Positions 52,441 to 64,000 of a DNA stretch of 64,000 nt are shown in pieces (the first letter of the stretch is position 1; every line of letters starts with the position of its first letter). The notes under the pieces were generated by a model, which had not been told where the DNA came from, did no database searches, and was given only the letters and a program-made list of their open reading frames with translations. Source of the DNA: Pecten maximus (taxonomy: Eukaryota); assembly GCF_902652985.1 (NCBI RefSeq), contig NC_047030.1, positions 12,834,001 through 12,898,000 on the forward strand. The letters are read 5' to 3'. The translations under genes were made by a program, and so were the position numbers.

Positions 52441-52467
52441 CTGGTCATGTTCTTCTTGGGACGTCAT
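52441..52467 (-). CDS. Candidate first coding exon (MTSQEEHDQ) of the Mn-CDF/MTP gene
   Basis: ATC-ATG start, 9 codons, then a perfect CAG|GTAAGT donor in phase 0. This matches the phase-0 TTTCAG| acceptor at 39098, and that exon has no in-frame ATG of its own. The alternative is an unspliced start at ATG 39170. Confidence 0.4.
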
Positions 52468-53221
52468 GATAAATTCATGAAATAAATTCTCAAAGCGTCA
52501 AGGACAACCATGTACTCCACGTGTTAATGTTTTCCTCGTGTTAGAACAACTCAATCCCAGGATTTTCAGCTTCATTAAAAATATTTTTTCCAGAGTTATA
52601 AGATAATAGAATATTCCTTACGTTTACTTAAATTGTCACTGATTATTAATAAACATATAAAATAGTCCGTTTCCCTGGCGGATGGTTTCGTTATGCAAGT
52701 GAAGTCGTCTGCCGGTCATGACTACGCCTTATTTTCTGTGTATTTATACAGTGTAATACATCTGGATGTCAAGGAAGATGAAAAACTTGGTACACCTCGA
52801 CAAGTATATGTAGTGATGATCATATCCGCCAGGTGTCACTTAAAGCGCAGGTTATTGCCGGACATTCTGTACCGCCGTTAATCGTCATGTTACATGCTCC
52901 TTTATTTGTGTTTTACATTGTCCGGATTTCCTTGACCGCTGTCCAGTCATGATGTTACTTATATTAGCACTTAGTATCACCTACACACCGGCTGGTACAT
53001 TATAATCTGTCAACTAAAATAAATCGTACACCTACTACTACAACTACACCATGACTACTAATTCTTACCAAACACCCCCTCAGTTGTTATCACATGCATA
53101 TCATGCACTACACGTGTACTACCTTATTGATATCAGCTCTTTCTAATTTCTATCATATTCGTACAAAATTGTCAACACTCATACAGTATACTACTATTTT
53201 CCTTTCGACAAATTATATCGT

Positions 53222-54123
53222 CACCAAGGGTTCATAGGAGACGGGAGTCTAGGGAGACACCGACACCAAACGTTATATAGGAGACGGGAGTCTAGGGAGA
53301 CACCTACACCAAGGGTTATATAGAGGACGGGAGTCTAGGGAGACACCGACACCAAGGGTTATATAGAGGACGGAAGTCTAGGGAGACACCAACACCAAGG
53401 GTTATATAGGAGACGAGATTCTAGGGAGACACCGACACCAAGGGTTATATAGAGGACGGGAGTCTAGGGAGACACCGACACCAAGGGTTATATAGTGGAC
53501 GGGAGTCTAGGGAGACACCAACATCGAGGGTTATATAGAGGACGGGAGTCTAGGGAGACACCGACACCAAGGATTATATAGAGGACGGGAGTCTAGGGAG
53601 ACACCGACACCAAGGGTTATATAGAGGACGGGAGTCTAGGGAGACACCAACACCAAGGGTTATATAGAGGACGGGAGTCTAGGGAGACACCTACACCAAG
53701 GGTTATATAGAGGACGGGAGTCTAGGGAGACACCGACACCAAGGGTTATATAGAGGACGGGAGTCTAGGGAAACACCGACACCAAGGGTTATATAGAGGA
53801 AGGGAGTCTAGGGAGACACCGACACCAAGGGTTATATAGAGGAAGGGAGTCTAGGGAGACACCGACACCAAGGGTTATATAGAGGACGGTAGTCTAGGGA
53901 GACACCGACACCAAGGGTTATATAAAGGACGGGAGTCTAGGGCGACACCGACACCAAGGGTTATATAGAGGACGGGAGTCTAGGGAGACACCGACACCAA
54001 GGGTTATATAGAGGACGGGAGTCTAGGGAGACACCGACACCAAGGGTTATATAGAGGACGGGAGTCTAGGGAGACACCGACACCAAGGGTTATATAGAGG
54101 ACGGAAGTATAGGGAGACACCAA
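53222..54123. repeat. 43-bp G-rich minisatellite, ~21 copies
   Basis: Unit CACCAAGGGTTATATAGAGGACGGGAGTCTAGGGAGACACCGA. Confidence 0.97.
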
Positions 54124-54464
54124 AAGAAAATAATGCCTAAATAGAAAAGTAGACAGGAAAAGAAGTAAACCCGGAAACAGACACAAGTTAAGATAAGTAG
54201 ACGTGTAACGTCCGTGTCTATTGGATAAGCATCGTGACAGAATTTGAGAAGGATTAAAGCCCGTATGTAGCAACAATTTAAACACAATTTCCAAAAAGCT
54301 TCCTTTATTTACAAACATGGTATACAGAGATGCATCCCGTACTTTGTAGTTTTGTCCATATTTGGACAAATCATCTTTAAAGAATAGACCATTCCAAGGT
54401 ATCGGACATTGTTCATGTGGCTGTTAGTACTATCAAAAACTGTTCAGGTAAGAGTGACAAATCT

Positions 54465-55470
54465 GTTAAAGCTATTCGCTACAGACATATGAAGAATTTT
54501 GATATAGACAGCTTTCGTTAAGATATAGAATCTCAATCCTGGTCATGCCTGAAGTATTTCCCTCGTGAATAATATGTTTTTTTAGTTTCTTTCATTGTTT
54601 CTTGTTTTTTTTAGATAAATATGCACCAGAGAGAAAAAAGAGTTCAATATAGTACCATTTCCGAATGGTGTAGATCGAACAAATTGTATATAAATACTGA
54701 AAACAAGATATATAATGAGAATAAGAATAGACAAAATCATGGCCTTTATGTTGTTATAAATGGTTGAAAATATTTAAAAAAAAAAAAAAAAAAAAAAACT
54801 TCTTGGTGACAGTGTGGATGAATGTTTATCCTGGAATTACCAAATTAATAATGTGTACAAAACGCTGTCTTACTACATTTTTTTCAATTTCAAATGAAAT
54901 GTTTGAGTCAGTCTTCTCGTCTTACATATCTGAACTGTTTTGTAAATCTACATTTCAACTATTGTGTAAAAATCTGGGGAAACACTTCACAACATAATAC
55001 TGCCAGACTTGACAAACTTCAGAGAAGAGAAGCTAGGGTAACATTGAAATTTGATTTTATTACACCATCCTGTTTAAAATGTTAAACTGGTACCCTTTAT
55101 CTAAATGTGTTTTGTATAACCGGTCAGTTTTAATGTACAAGGTTTTACATGACTTGGCTCCAGAATATTTAAACAATCAAGATCTACTCGATCATCAACA
55201 AATAACCTGTTTTACTTACCATCATTTAAAACAATAATGTCCGAGATAGTTTACCTACCAGGGTCCATATAATCCAATTTGTCAGAAGTGCAACTACATT
55301 TTTATCTTTGAACAAAGTGTTAAAAAGAAGTGTTGATGTACTTATCTTAATGTACTACTGCTTGTCTTATCATACTAAACATCTGTTTAAATACTGTATA
55401 TCTATGTCTACTTGACCAAGAGTAAGATGAGTCCTTGACTCATTTTGTTATCAAGCACAAACAAAAACTA
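54465..55470 (+). mobile_element. Decayed CR1/L2-group LINE ORF2 remnant
   Basis: Fragments translate as IRYRHMKNFDIDSFRKDIESQSW, HFNYCVKIWGNTSQHNTARLDKLQRREARV and MLNWYPL...VLMYKVLHDLAPEYL. These are typical post-endonuclease and C-terminal motifs of CR1/L2 ORF2. The RT core is deleted and the remnant is frameshifted. Confidence 0.75.
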
Positions 55471-56093
55471 AAATTGTTTGTATCATTAGTATCGTATCGT
55501 ATTTTCAAATGTTATATTGCTCATAGCGATAGCGGAACACACTGCCAGTACAGGAAGATGACTATAGCGGTACACATAGGCGCTTTACCGTGTAAACTGT
55601 TGGGAACATTGTTCGATTGTCCATCCTTAATTAATTACATCTCTAAGTCAATCACTTCCAATAGTTGTCGTTCCTTACTATCAGGGTCAGTCGGTTCGCT
55701 GTATTTCCGGATCAACATAAGAAGCGTGAAGTATGTCAGTCTGTGTTTCCGGGTAATCGATTTCCCACCTATCAATCTTCTGCTGAACGGTGTCGGGGAA
55801 ATAGAACAACGTTCAAGCCACATCGAATCGGGGCATCGTGATACGAACATATTATTTGGTAATTGAAATATTTATCGCGATCGAGTGAAACAGTTTGAAT
55901 CTTAAAAGAAATATTAGAAGAAACAATTTCATGCTTCAAATGTTTAAAAACCATAAAAAATAAATCATGTAATGCTATAAAAAAACATCAAAGAATAATG
56001 GCATCATAAAGAAATAATAACATCCAGGCTGATAAAATGAGAGCAAAATATATACAAAATTATAGATTTGTACGGAGACTCTTGGAGTATTGG

Positions 56094-58650
56094 CAGAATA
56101 AGGTAAGGTGATCCGGAGTAAAGTTGGAGAATAAGATAAGGTGATCCGGAATAGAGTAGTAGAATAAGGTAAGGTGATCCGGAATAGAGTAGAATAAGGT
56201 AAGGTGGTCCGGAATAGAGGAGAATAAGGTAAGGTGGTCCGGAATAGAGTAGTAGAATAAGGTAAGGTGATCCGGAATAGAGTAGAATAAGGTAAGGTGG
56301 TCCGGAATAGAGGAGAATAAGGTAAGGTGATCCGGAATAGAGCAGAATAAGGTAAGGTGGTCCGGAATAGAGTATAATAAGGTAAGGTGGTCCGGAATAG
56401 AGTAGAATAAGGTAAGGTGATCCGGAGTAAAGTAGAGTAAGGTAAGGTGATCCGGAATAGAGTAGAGAATAAGGTAAGGTGATCCGGAATAGAGTAGGAG
56501 AATAAGGTAAGGTGATCCGGAATAGAGTAGAATAAGGTAAGGTGGTCCGGAATAGAGTAGAATAAGGTAAGGTGATCCGGAATAGAGTAGAATAAAGTAA
56601 GGTGATCCGGAATAGAGTAGAATAAAGTAAGGTGATCCGGAATAGAGTAGAGAATAAGGTAAGGTGATCCGGAATAGAGTAGGAGAATAAGGTAAGGTGA
56701 TCCGGAATAGAGTAGGAGAATAAGGTAAGGTGATCCGGAATAGAGTAGGAGAATAAGGTAAGGTGATCCGGAATAGAGTAGAATAAGGTAAGATGATCCG
56801 GAATAGAGTAGAATAAGGTAAGGTGATCCGGAATAGAGTAGAATAAGGTAAGGTGATCCGGAATAGAGTAGAATCAGGTAAGGTGATCCGGAATAGAGTA
56901 GAATCAGGTAAGGTGATCCGGAATAGAGTAGGAGAATAAGGTAAGGGGATCCGGAATAGAGTAGGAGAATAAGGTAAGGGGATCCGGAATAGAGTAGAGA
57001 ATAAGGTAAGGTGGTCCGGAATAGAGCAGAATAAGGTAAGGTGATCCGGAATAGAGCAGAATAAGGTAAGGTGATCCGGAATAGAGTAGGAGAATAAGGT
57101 AAGGTGGTCCGGAATAGAATAGAGAATAAGGTAAGGTGGTCCGGAATAGAGTAGGAGAATAAGATAAGGTGATCCGGAATAGAGTAGAATAAGGTAAGGT
57201 GGTCCGGAATAGAGTAGAATAAGGTAAGGTGGTCCGGAATAGAGTAGAATAAGGTAAGGTGATCCGGAATAGAGTAGAATAAGGTAAGGTGATCCGGAAT
57301 AGAGTAGTAGAATAAGGTAAGGTGGTCCGGAATAGAGTAGTAGAATAAGGTAAGGTGGTCCGGAATAGAGTAGGAGAATAAGGTAAGGTGGTCCGGAATA
57401 GAGTAGGAGAATAAGGTAAGGTGATCCGGAATAGAGGAGAATAAGGTAAGGTGATCCGGAATAGAGTAGGAAAATAAGGTAAGGTGGTCCGGAATAGAGT
57501 AGAATAAGGTAAGGTGGTCCGGAATAGAGTAGAATAAGGTAAGGTGATCCGGAATAGAGTAGAGAATAAGGTAAGGTGGTCCGGAATAGAGTAGAATAAG
57601 GTAAGGTGATCCGGAATAGAGTGGAATAAGATAAGGTGATCAGTAATAGAGTAGGAGAATAAGGTAAGGTGGTCCGGAATAGAGTAGGAAAATAAGGTAA
57701 GGTGATCCGGAATAGAGTAGGAGAATAAAGTAAGGTGATCCGGAATAGAGTAGGAGAATAAGGTAAGGTGATCCGGAATAGAGGAGAATAAGGTAAGGTG
57801 ATCCGGAATAGAGTAGAATAAGGTAAGGTGGTCCGGAATAGAGGAGAATAAGGTAAGGTGATCCGGAATAGAGTAGAATAAGGTAAGGTGATCCGGAATA
57901 GAGTAGAGAATAAGGTAAGGTGGTCCGGAATAGAGTAGTAGAATAAGGTAAGGTGATCCGGAATAGAGTAGGAGAATAAGGTAAGGTGATCCGGAATAGA
58001 GTAGAGAATAAGGTAAGGTGATCCGGAATAGAGTAGGAGAATAAGGTAAGGTGATCCGGAATAGAGTAGAATAAGGTAAGGTGGTCCGGAATAGAGTAGA
58101 ATAAGATAAGGTGATCAGTAATAGAGTAGGAGAATAAGGTAAGGTGATCCGGAAGAGAGTAGAATAAGGTAAGGTGATCCGGAATAGAGTAGAATAAGGT
58201 AAGGTGATCCGGAATAGAGTAGAATAAGGTAAGGTGATCCGGAATAGAGTAGAATAAGGTAAGGTGATCAGTAATAGAGTAGAATAAGATAAGGTGATCC
58301 GGAATAGAGTAGGAGAATAAGGTAAGGTGATCCGGAATAGAGTAGAATAAGGTAAGGTGATCAGTAATAGAGTAGAATAAGGTAAGGTGATCCGGAATAG
58401 AGTAGGAGAATAAGGTAAGGTGATCCGGAATAGAGTAGGAGAATAAGGTAAGATGGTCCGGAATAGAGTATAATAAGGTAAGGTGATCCGGAATAGAGTA
58501 GAATAAGGTAAGGTGATCAGTAATAGAGTAGAATAAGGTAAGGTGATCCGGAATAGAGTGGAATAAGGTAAGGTGGTCCGGAATAGAGTAGAATAAAGTA
58601 AGGTGATCCGGAATAGAGTAGAATAAGGTAAGGTGATCCGGAATAGAGTA
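56094..58650. repeat. ~30-bp purine-rich satellite, ~80 copies (29-33-bp variants)
   Basis: Unit GAATAAGGTAAGGTG(A/G)TCCGGAATAGAGTA with optional GA/GGA/GTA insertions. Confidence 0.98.
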
Positions 58651-58760
58651 AGCGAAAATAATACCCGGTTCACAAAGAACTCGAGCGCGGCCCATGCTAT
58701 TTTCCTGTAATGTAGCGGACATTCATATACCAAAACGAAACGCAGTTGAATGCTTTAAAA

Positions 58761-59098
58761 ACAAACATTTCAGTTAGGAGAGAGTGATAACAATACTTAG
58801 ACAAACATTTCAGTTAGGAGAAAGTGATAACAATACTTAGACAAACATTTCAGTAAGGAGAGAGTGATAACAATACTTAGACAAACATTTCAGTTAGCAG
58901 AGAGTGATAACAATACTTAGACAAACATTTTAATAAGAATAGTTTCATTATAATAAGAATAGTTTCATTATAATACTAAGACAAACAATTTAATAAGAAT
59001 AGTTTCATTATAATACTAAGACAAACAATTTAATAAGAATAGTTTCATTATAATACTAAGACAAACATTTCAATTAGGTTAGTTTTATTATAATACTA
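58761..59098. repeat. 40-bp tandem repeat with two successive subtypes
   Basis: ACAAACATTTCAGTTAGGAGAGAGTGATAACAATACTTAG x4, then ACAAACAATTTAATAAGAATAGTTTCATTATAATACTAAG x~4. Confidence 0.9.
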
Positions 59099-61311
59099 CC
59101 GCAAAACATTACTATAAGGATAGTATTGATCCCAAAACATATCACAATAAAATTAGTATTATCATAATTCTGCCGTAACACTACATAAGAACAATAGTAT
59201 ACTGCTTCATCATCATCTTGTATAACAGGAGTTAGCTGTATTATATTTTATCAGTTAATCATAAAAATGATAAATACCACAAATCATCATAACTATATAA
59301 AACAAGAAATATCTTTTTTTAAAAAAGATAAACGGCAAAGTTTTAATGCTAGTGGTTATAATGTTAAACTGCTGGTGAAATAAATCAACGAACTAAATTA
59401 ATAAATGCGCAGTTTCAGCACGGATAACAAAATTATATCAGTTTGAATCATTTTTGGTGATAATAAGACTGCATTTGAATCAGGAATATGATTTTATTAA
59501 TGTGTCATTTGAATAGATACATCCACTTATTCAGCTTGCATTCAATCTTAATTTTGTTTCGTCTTTAACTGCATATCTGCATTTTGCATTTACCGCTACA
59601 TTGACCAATCACATTATTCATCTTGACCAGTAACGCCACCTTTCGCGTCATATCCGGGGCAAAAAGAAAATTATACGGCTATGCCGAAAAATGAGTAAGA
59701 ACATTTTTGAAGGGAGGATTGGCCTATAGTTGACTGATTACACATGAACAGGATGGGGATTTTGACCTCATGACCCATATAACTAAGTATGCTGCAGTAC
59801 GCGATGAATCTAATTAAACGCCAGGAATGTCACGGTTTTCGGACGTATACATACCTAATCTATTACATACTATACTAGTTTTGTTCAGGTCAAACGAGGC
59901 AAGTTACAGTCTCCTACTTATTCTGCTATAGTCATCTGCGCATGACCGGAAAAGCCACGAGCCAAATAATATACAAATCGAAAAAACAAATGTAAATTTG
60001 GAAGAGGCAGTGAGAGAAAATGTAATAATTATATGCAAGGTGGCCTTCTTAAGAGGGGGCACTAATTTGTTCTTAGGGGCTGACCCCTGGACCACAACAT
60101 TGACGGTGATGGTATCGGACGCAGTTTAGTCTAATCATCAATACTACATTCGAAATGTCCAAACTCATCTGTCTGGTAAAACTAATTAGGTCATACAGGT
60201 AAAATCGCATACGACACTCGGTTTCTGACATGTAGGTTTGGGTTTAAAAAATTTGAAATATTTAAAATTTGTCATTCGAAGACAACATTGTACGAACAGT
60301 CATAATTTACTCTTCAATGACAAAAACGTCGTCGTAGGACAGTCATTATCTTTCATTCAATTTATGGCGGATCGTTAGTGACAATCTTGTAGTTAACATG
60401 AGATACATTGTAGTACTAGTGGAATAATTACCTACGACAGTCAAACAAGGGTGAACGGTGGTCAAACAATGTATTGGAATGGTGTGGGCTTAAGTATTAC
60501 AATGTTGTGAAATCCTGGGCGTCATAATACAAACGTGGCCATTCGAAGGGCTTCGCGTGAAACATGCAATGTCTCACCTCGAAATTTACCTACGACAGCT
60601 ACGGAACCAAATATCACAATCCCATTGTGAAAAATGACTTCATAGATATGTATCAATGTTCTGTTGTAGACTCTATGTATTTATTTTCAAATATTACAAC
60701 GTACATGAAACAGGCTTTTAAACTTTTATTTGATTCATTACACAACATATTGGATATAAATGAAGCACTGGTAAATTGCCTTAACTTCGTTCGACATATT
60801 ATCGGATTGTGAACATTGCTCTAGATGGTGGTAATATTGTCTATCCGTATGTCGACATTTTGTGACAATTGTCTATTCAAAGTAAAATATATTATTATCC
60901 ATGTCATCATTTATGTAATAGACACATTAACTGTGTTATATGATATATTTTCCGTTCTGTAAATGGAGAATCTTCCACAATTATCAATATTACATAGATA
61001 TAATATAGACGTTTTAATCGAGATCAACATTTTGATTTGTCACTAGCTTTTGACCGAGGGACATGTCAAATTACTCACAGTTACTGAAATTCCAGTTTTA
61101 GATTAGCACAAGAATAAAATCATTCAATGGCCTTTACAACAAAGAAGTCGCGACTTATTTGTCCTTTTATGTTTATGCACTTTTGCTTCATAATATAAAT
61201 CACATGGTAGATTATGACAGTTTTATACGATGAAATCGGTAGTACATTAAATATAACATAATTATGTCATAATGAAACGGCACACTATCACCACGATGAT
61301 CATCACAAATA

Positions 61312-61515
61312 TACTGTAAACGTGTCTATTTCAGTCGTTATATTATATTAGCGCTTTTCGCGCCGGACCATTGCGCTGAATTATGATTTCGATAATTACA
61401 CTTTCTATTTCTATAGCAAATTATATGTGTGCGGTATTCATCATTGCGTCAATCTGTTTAGAATTTTGCAATACGCTAAAAATTTGAGTGCACCAAAATA
61501 AGCATGTCTACAGTA
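61312..61515. mobile_element. TA-flanked MITE-like element (TACTGTA...TACAGTA family)
   Basis: Imperfect termini TACTGTAAACGTGTCTATTT / AAATAGCATGTCTACAGTA. Related decayed copies lie at ~8261-8443 and ~8732-8897 (CGCGAAAATA...TTTACA/TTCACAGTA ends). Confidence 0.6.
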
Positions 61516-61731
61516 TCATCTGATGAGAAGCATAGAACATAGTGTGAAGATGATCTTACACTAGCTTATTTATTCCATATGATCCAACATAACGTTGACT
61601 TATATAACTTATTCATCCTTTGTAGCGGTCACTCGGCTCCTTCCATGCCCCTTAGTTTAAGCCCCATGTCCCCTCATTTCTCCATTCCACTCCTTATAAC
61701 CCTTCACATATCACAACATACTGTAATCGTT

Positions 61732-61946
61732 TGGCAAAGTGGTAACACACTTGCTCACCTAGGCGGCCGGAGTTCGATTCCACGACCGGGCGTGGAATGG
61801 TGTGGGGTTACCTGCCCGACCACGTGGGTTTTCTCTGGGTACTCTCAGTAAGGCCGCTTGCACGCTTCAACCCAGGCCAACAAGCGTGATTTATATTAGT
61901 TGATATTACTTGTTCCGCAATTGTTGTAAAATAAATGAAGTTTACA
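61732..61946 (+). mobile_element. tRNA-derived SINE with V-type central domain
   Basis: A box TGGCAAAGTGG, B box GTTCGATTCC, central CCTGCCCGACCACGTGGGTTTTCTCTGGGTACTC (V-SINE-like), tail TTGTTGTAAAAT...AAGTTTACA. Homologous copies lie at ~25095-25298 and ~50575-50650. Confidence 0.75.
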
Positions 61947-63415
61947 TTTTCAATTACAACATTCCATACACACGTAGTTCAGCACACATAGCAGTACAAA
62001 GTTATCGCTCTTTGCCCACGAGTTGCGTTTGACAAACAAACGATATTAAGTCAGTAGTCAAACCGGTGTCGAGTAAGATTTATGCCCTAAAATATATATC
62101 CCACGGAACTATATTTCATTACGGTTTCATGGTTTTACAATCATCATACAAAATGACTATTGGTCCGAGACACTTATATAAATAATAATGCGTGGTATGA
62201 ATATGGACTTATATCTGGATACTTTAACAAAAGAAGTTTACATTTCAATTAGGTAATTGATAATATTGCAGAAAGTCTATACATAATTTCCCAAATAAGA
62301 GTACAAAATGTCTTTGGGCGTCTGTATGTAAGTAAAGTATCAAGAGTTATAGACAAATCAGTCACCGCTGAATATCGATGGTATTAATGTAACCTTTTGT
62401 TCAAAGTACGATTTCCTTATTATATATTCTGATATATACCTAATTATAACTGTACAGTATTGTACCATCATATACAGCAATGGAGTGACCAATTAAGACT
62501 AAGGTTAAAAGACACAAGCTTTAAAAGAAAACAAAATCACACCATGATTTGTCGACATTCCTAGCTCAGAAAAGGTTTTAAAAGTTTGTATGATTTTCGT
62601 ACGAGTTTTCTCTTGTCTCTACCATTCCTCTGCGACCGTATGGATCTAATCGTTGACAAAAAGCAAGCCGGGGAGGGGAGTGCTAAAATGGTCAAACAAT
62701 TAAATGAAATACATATTCAAAATAAAAAAGCAAAACATTTTAATATTTCAAGAAGATATAGATGATACACAGATAAAGTATTTGTATTGTCATGGTTTTT
62801 TTTATAAATTCAGATTTTAATCAAAAAAGAAAAAATAATATAAAATTAAAGATATACAAGAATGCATCCTTTAAAACGAAAGTGAAGGGTAGGGATGCGT
62901 AGAGACTCAGTTCAACATTTATTTGATATATCAGAATTCATTTATTACAATAAATATATCAAACAAAATCAATTCAATGATCGTTAATGTGCTCATAGCA
63001 AAATGCTATTGTGATGCGTGCAGCCAAATGTGAGCCCAAGACCACACTCTCCTGGAACAACCCTTCGAAACACAATGGCGGCAGGGGACGATGTCTGTGG
63101 GATTAGTTGTATCCTTACCAATGACAGGTTGGTTTTCCTCCAACATCCAAAAACAACATTTGTTCCCTTAGTGACACTATCATTAAAGCTCTTCAGAGCT
63201 TATACCGTTTGTTGAAATAAAGGTTAATCTTAATTTGAAGGCTGGACCCCACAAAGGCGTATATGGTATGCATATTGATTTACATTATTAAATTTCATGA
63301 AATGAGAGCTTTCATCAAGGTGACATCTCCAGGTACTCGGACATTTTAACGCCACTAATCTCCGTGTAGGATTATTGCTTCATCGATTGCTTGTCAAGAA
63401 TTAATCTAACACGGA

Positions 63416-63674
63416 TTAAACACTTTGGCCACCCAGGCTGATTAGTTCCGGGCATGCGCGGTTGCTAAGAGAATCCTTGAGCAGACTATCATGTAAATAA
63501 TGGTCACTGTCCAACATATGGCCGAAGACTGGTTTGTTGATTAAGTCTGTGTGTTTAAGACGCACAGGAGTACACAATGAGCTTGTCCCTGATTCCTCGG
63601 CGTTATCCGGCTGGACAAAGGTACACAAATGTTCGGCGTTGTTGTTGGTGCATTTGGGGTTTTCTTCTGTCGAT
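63416..63674 (-). CDS. Probable terminal coding exon of an unidentified gene extending beyond the right edge
   Basis: Acceptor TTTCAATTGTAG| followed by 259 nt open in phase 2 (STEENPKC...ELISLGGQSV*). GC content is raised relative to the flanks, and minus-strand AATAAA occurs near 62920-62946. No family recognised. Confidence 0.5.
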
Positions 63675-64000
63675 CTACAATTGAAATACTTGCGTATTTG
63701 AAAATCAGTTACTGTGTAAAAGGGTTATAAAACCACACAATATATTAGAACCATGTTCAATGTATAAAATCAGTTATATAATAATGTGCGACATTAGTAT
63801 TCCATCGATCTGTACTACTACTGTCTTGATATAAGTACGACGGCTGATTGATATGTTGTGAGCCTCATATTGAAGGATTTGAATTTCGCCGGACATATTG
63901 TATTGTTTTTCAACATAATCCCCTTAACTCCTGTTCTTGTCTGTTCAGAAAGTCATCCACTGTATATAAGGGGTTAAGATTAGGGTTAGGGCGTCTGAAA

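Noticed and set aside
55435-55954. Overlapping ORFs of 60-143 aa
   Set aside because: No recognisable domain and no convincing splice signals.
49737-58650. CRISPR-like arrays
   Set aside because: Head-to-tail repeats without unique spacers, no cas genes, and a eukaryotic context.
56904-58733. 609-aa and 360-aa minus-strand ORFs
   Set aside because: They are translations of the 30-bp satellite. The peptides cycle among three frame-dependent patterns at each indel, so there is no frame conservation.
59300-59830. Possible interspersed repeat starting AAACAAGAAATATC
   Set aside because: No second copy or clear termini within the window.
63970-63991. Telomere (TTAGGG)n
   Set aside because: Only two perfect units followed by non-telomeric sequence.

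Overview
AT-rich, intron-rich eukaryotic genomic DNA. Gene content and the SINE/MITE repertoire suggest a lophotrochozoan, probably a bivalve mollusc (inference). Manual exon tracing (GT-AG, phase-consistent) supports five coding features. (1) A 3-exon + strand gene for a ~520-aa protein with an N-terminal CARD, a disordered middle and a C-terminal TRADD-N-like domain (68-2630). (2) A 23-exon - strand ABCB1/P-glycoprotein-like gene (28716-7255) that is clean for ~1015 codons but lacks TM12 and NBD2 within the window. (3) A - strand Mn-CDF/metal-tolerance-protein gene (33114-39098, possible first exon at 52441-52467), one of whose splice donors is amplified into a 14-copy in-frame 33-bp minisatellite. 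(4) An intronless atypical class A GPCR (44725-45627, -), possibly nested in the first intron of that gene. (5) A probable terminal exon of a gene running off the right edge (63416-63674, -). The remainder holds many minisatellites (30, 40, 43, 43, 50, 58, 59, 67 bp units), V-domain SINEs, a CORE-like SINE with a highly structured ~200-nt insert, TA-flanked MITEs, fold-back hairpins and a decayed CR1/L2-type LINE. All family assignments come from motif recognition by eye; no database search was run.
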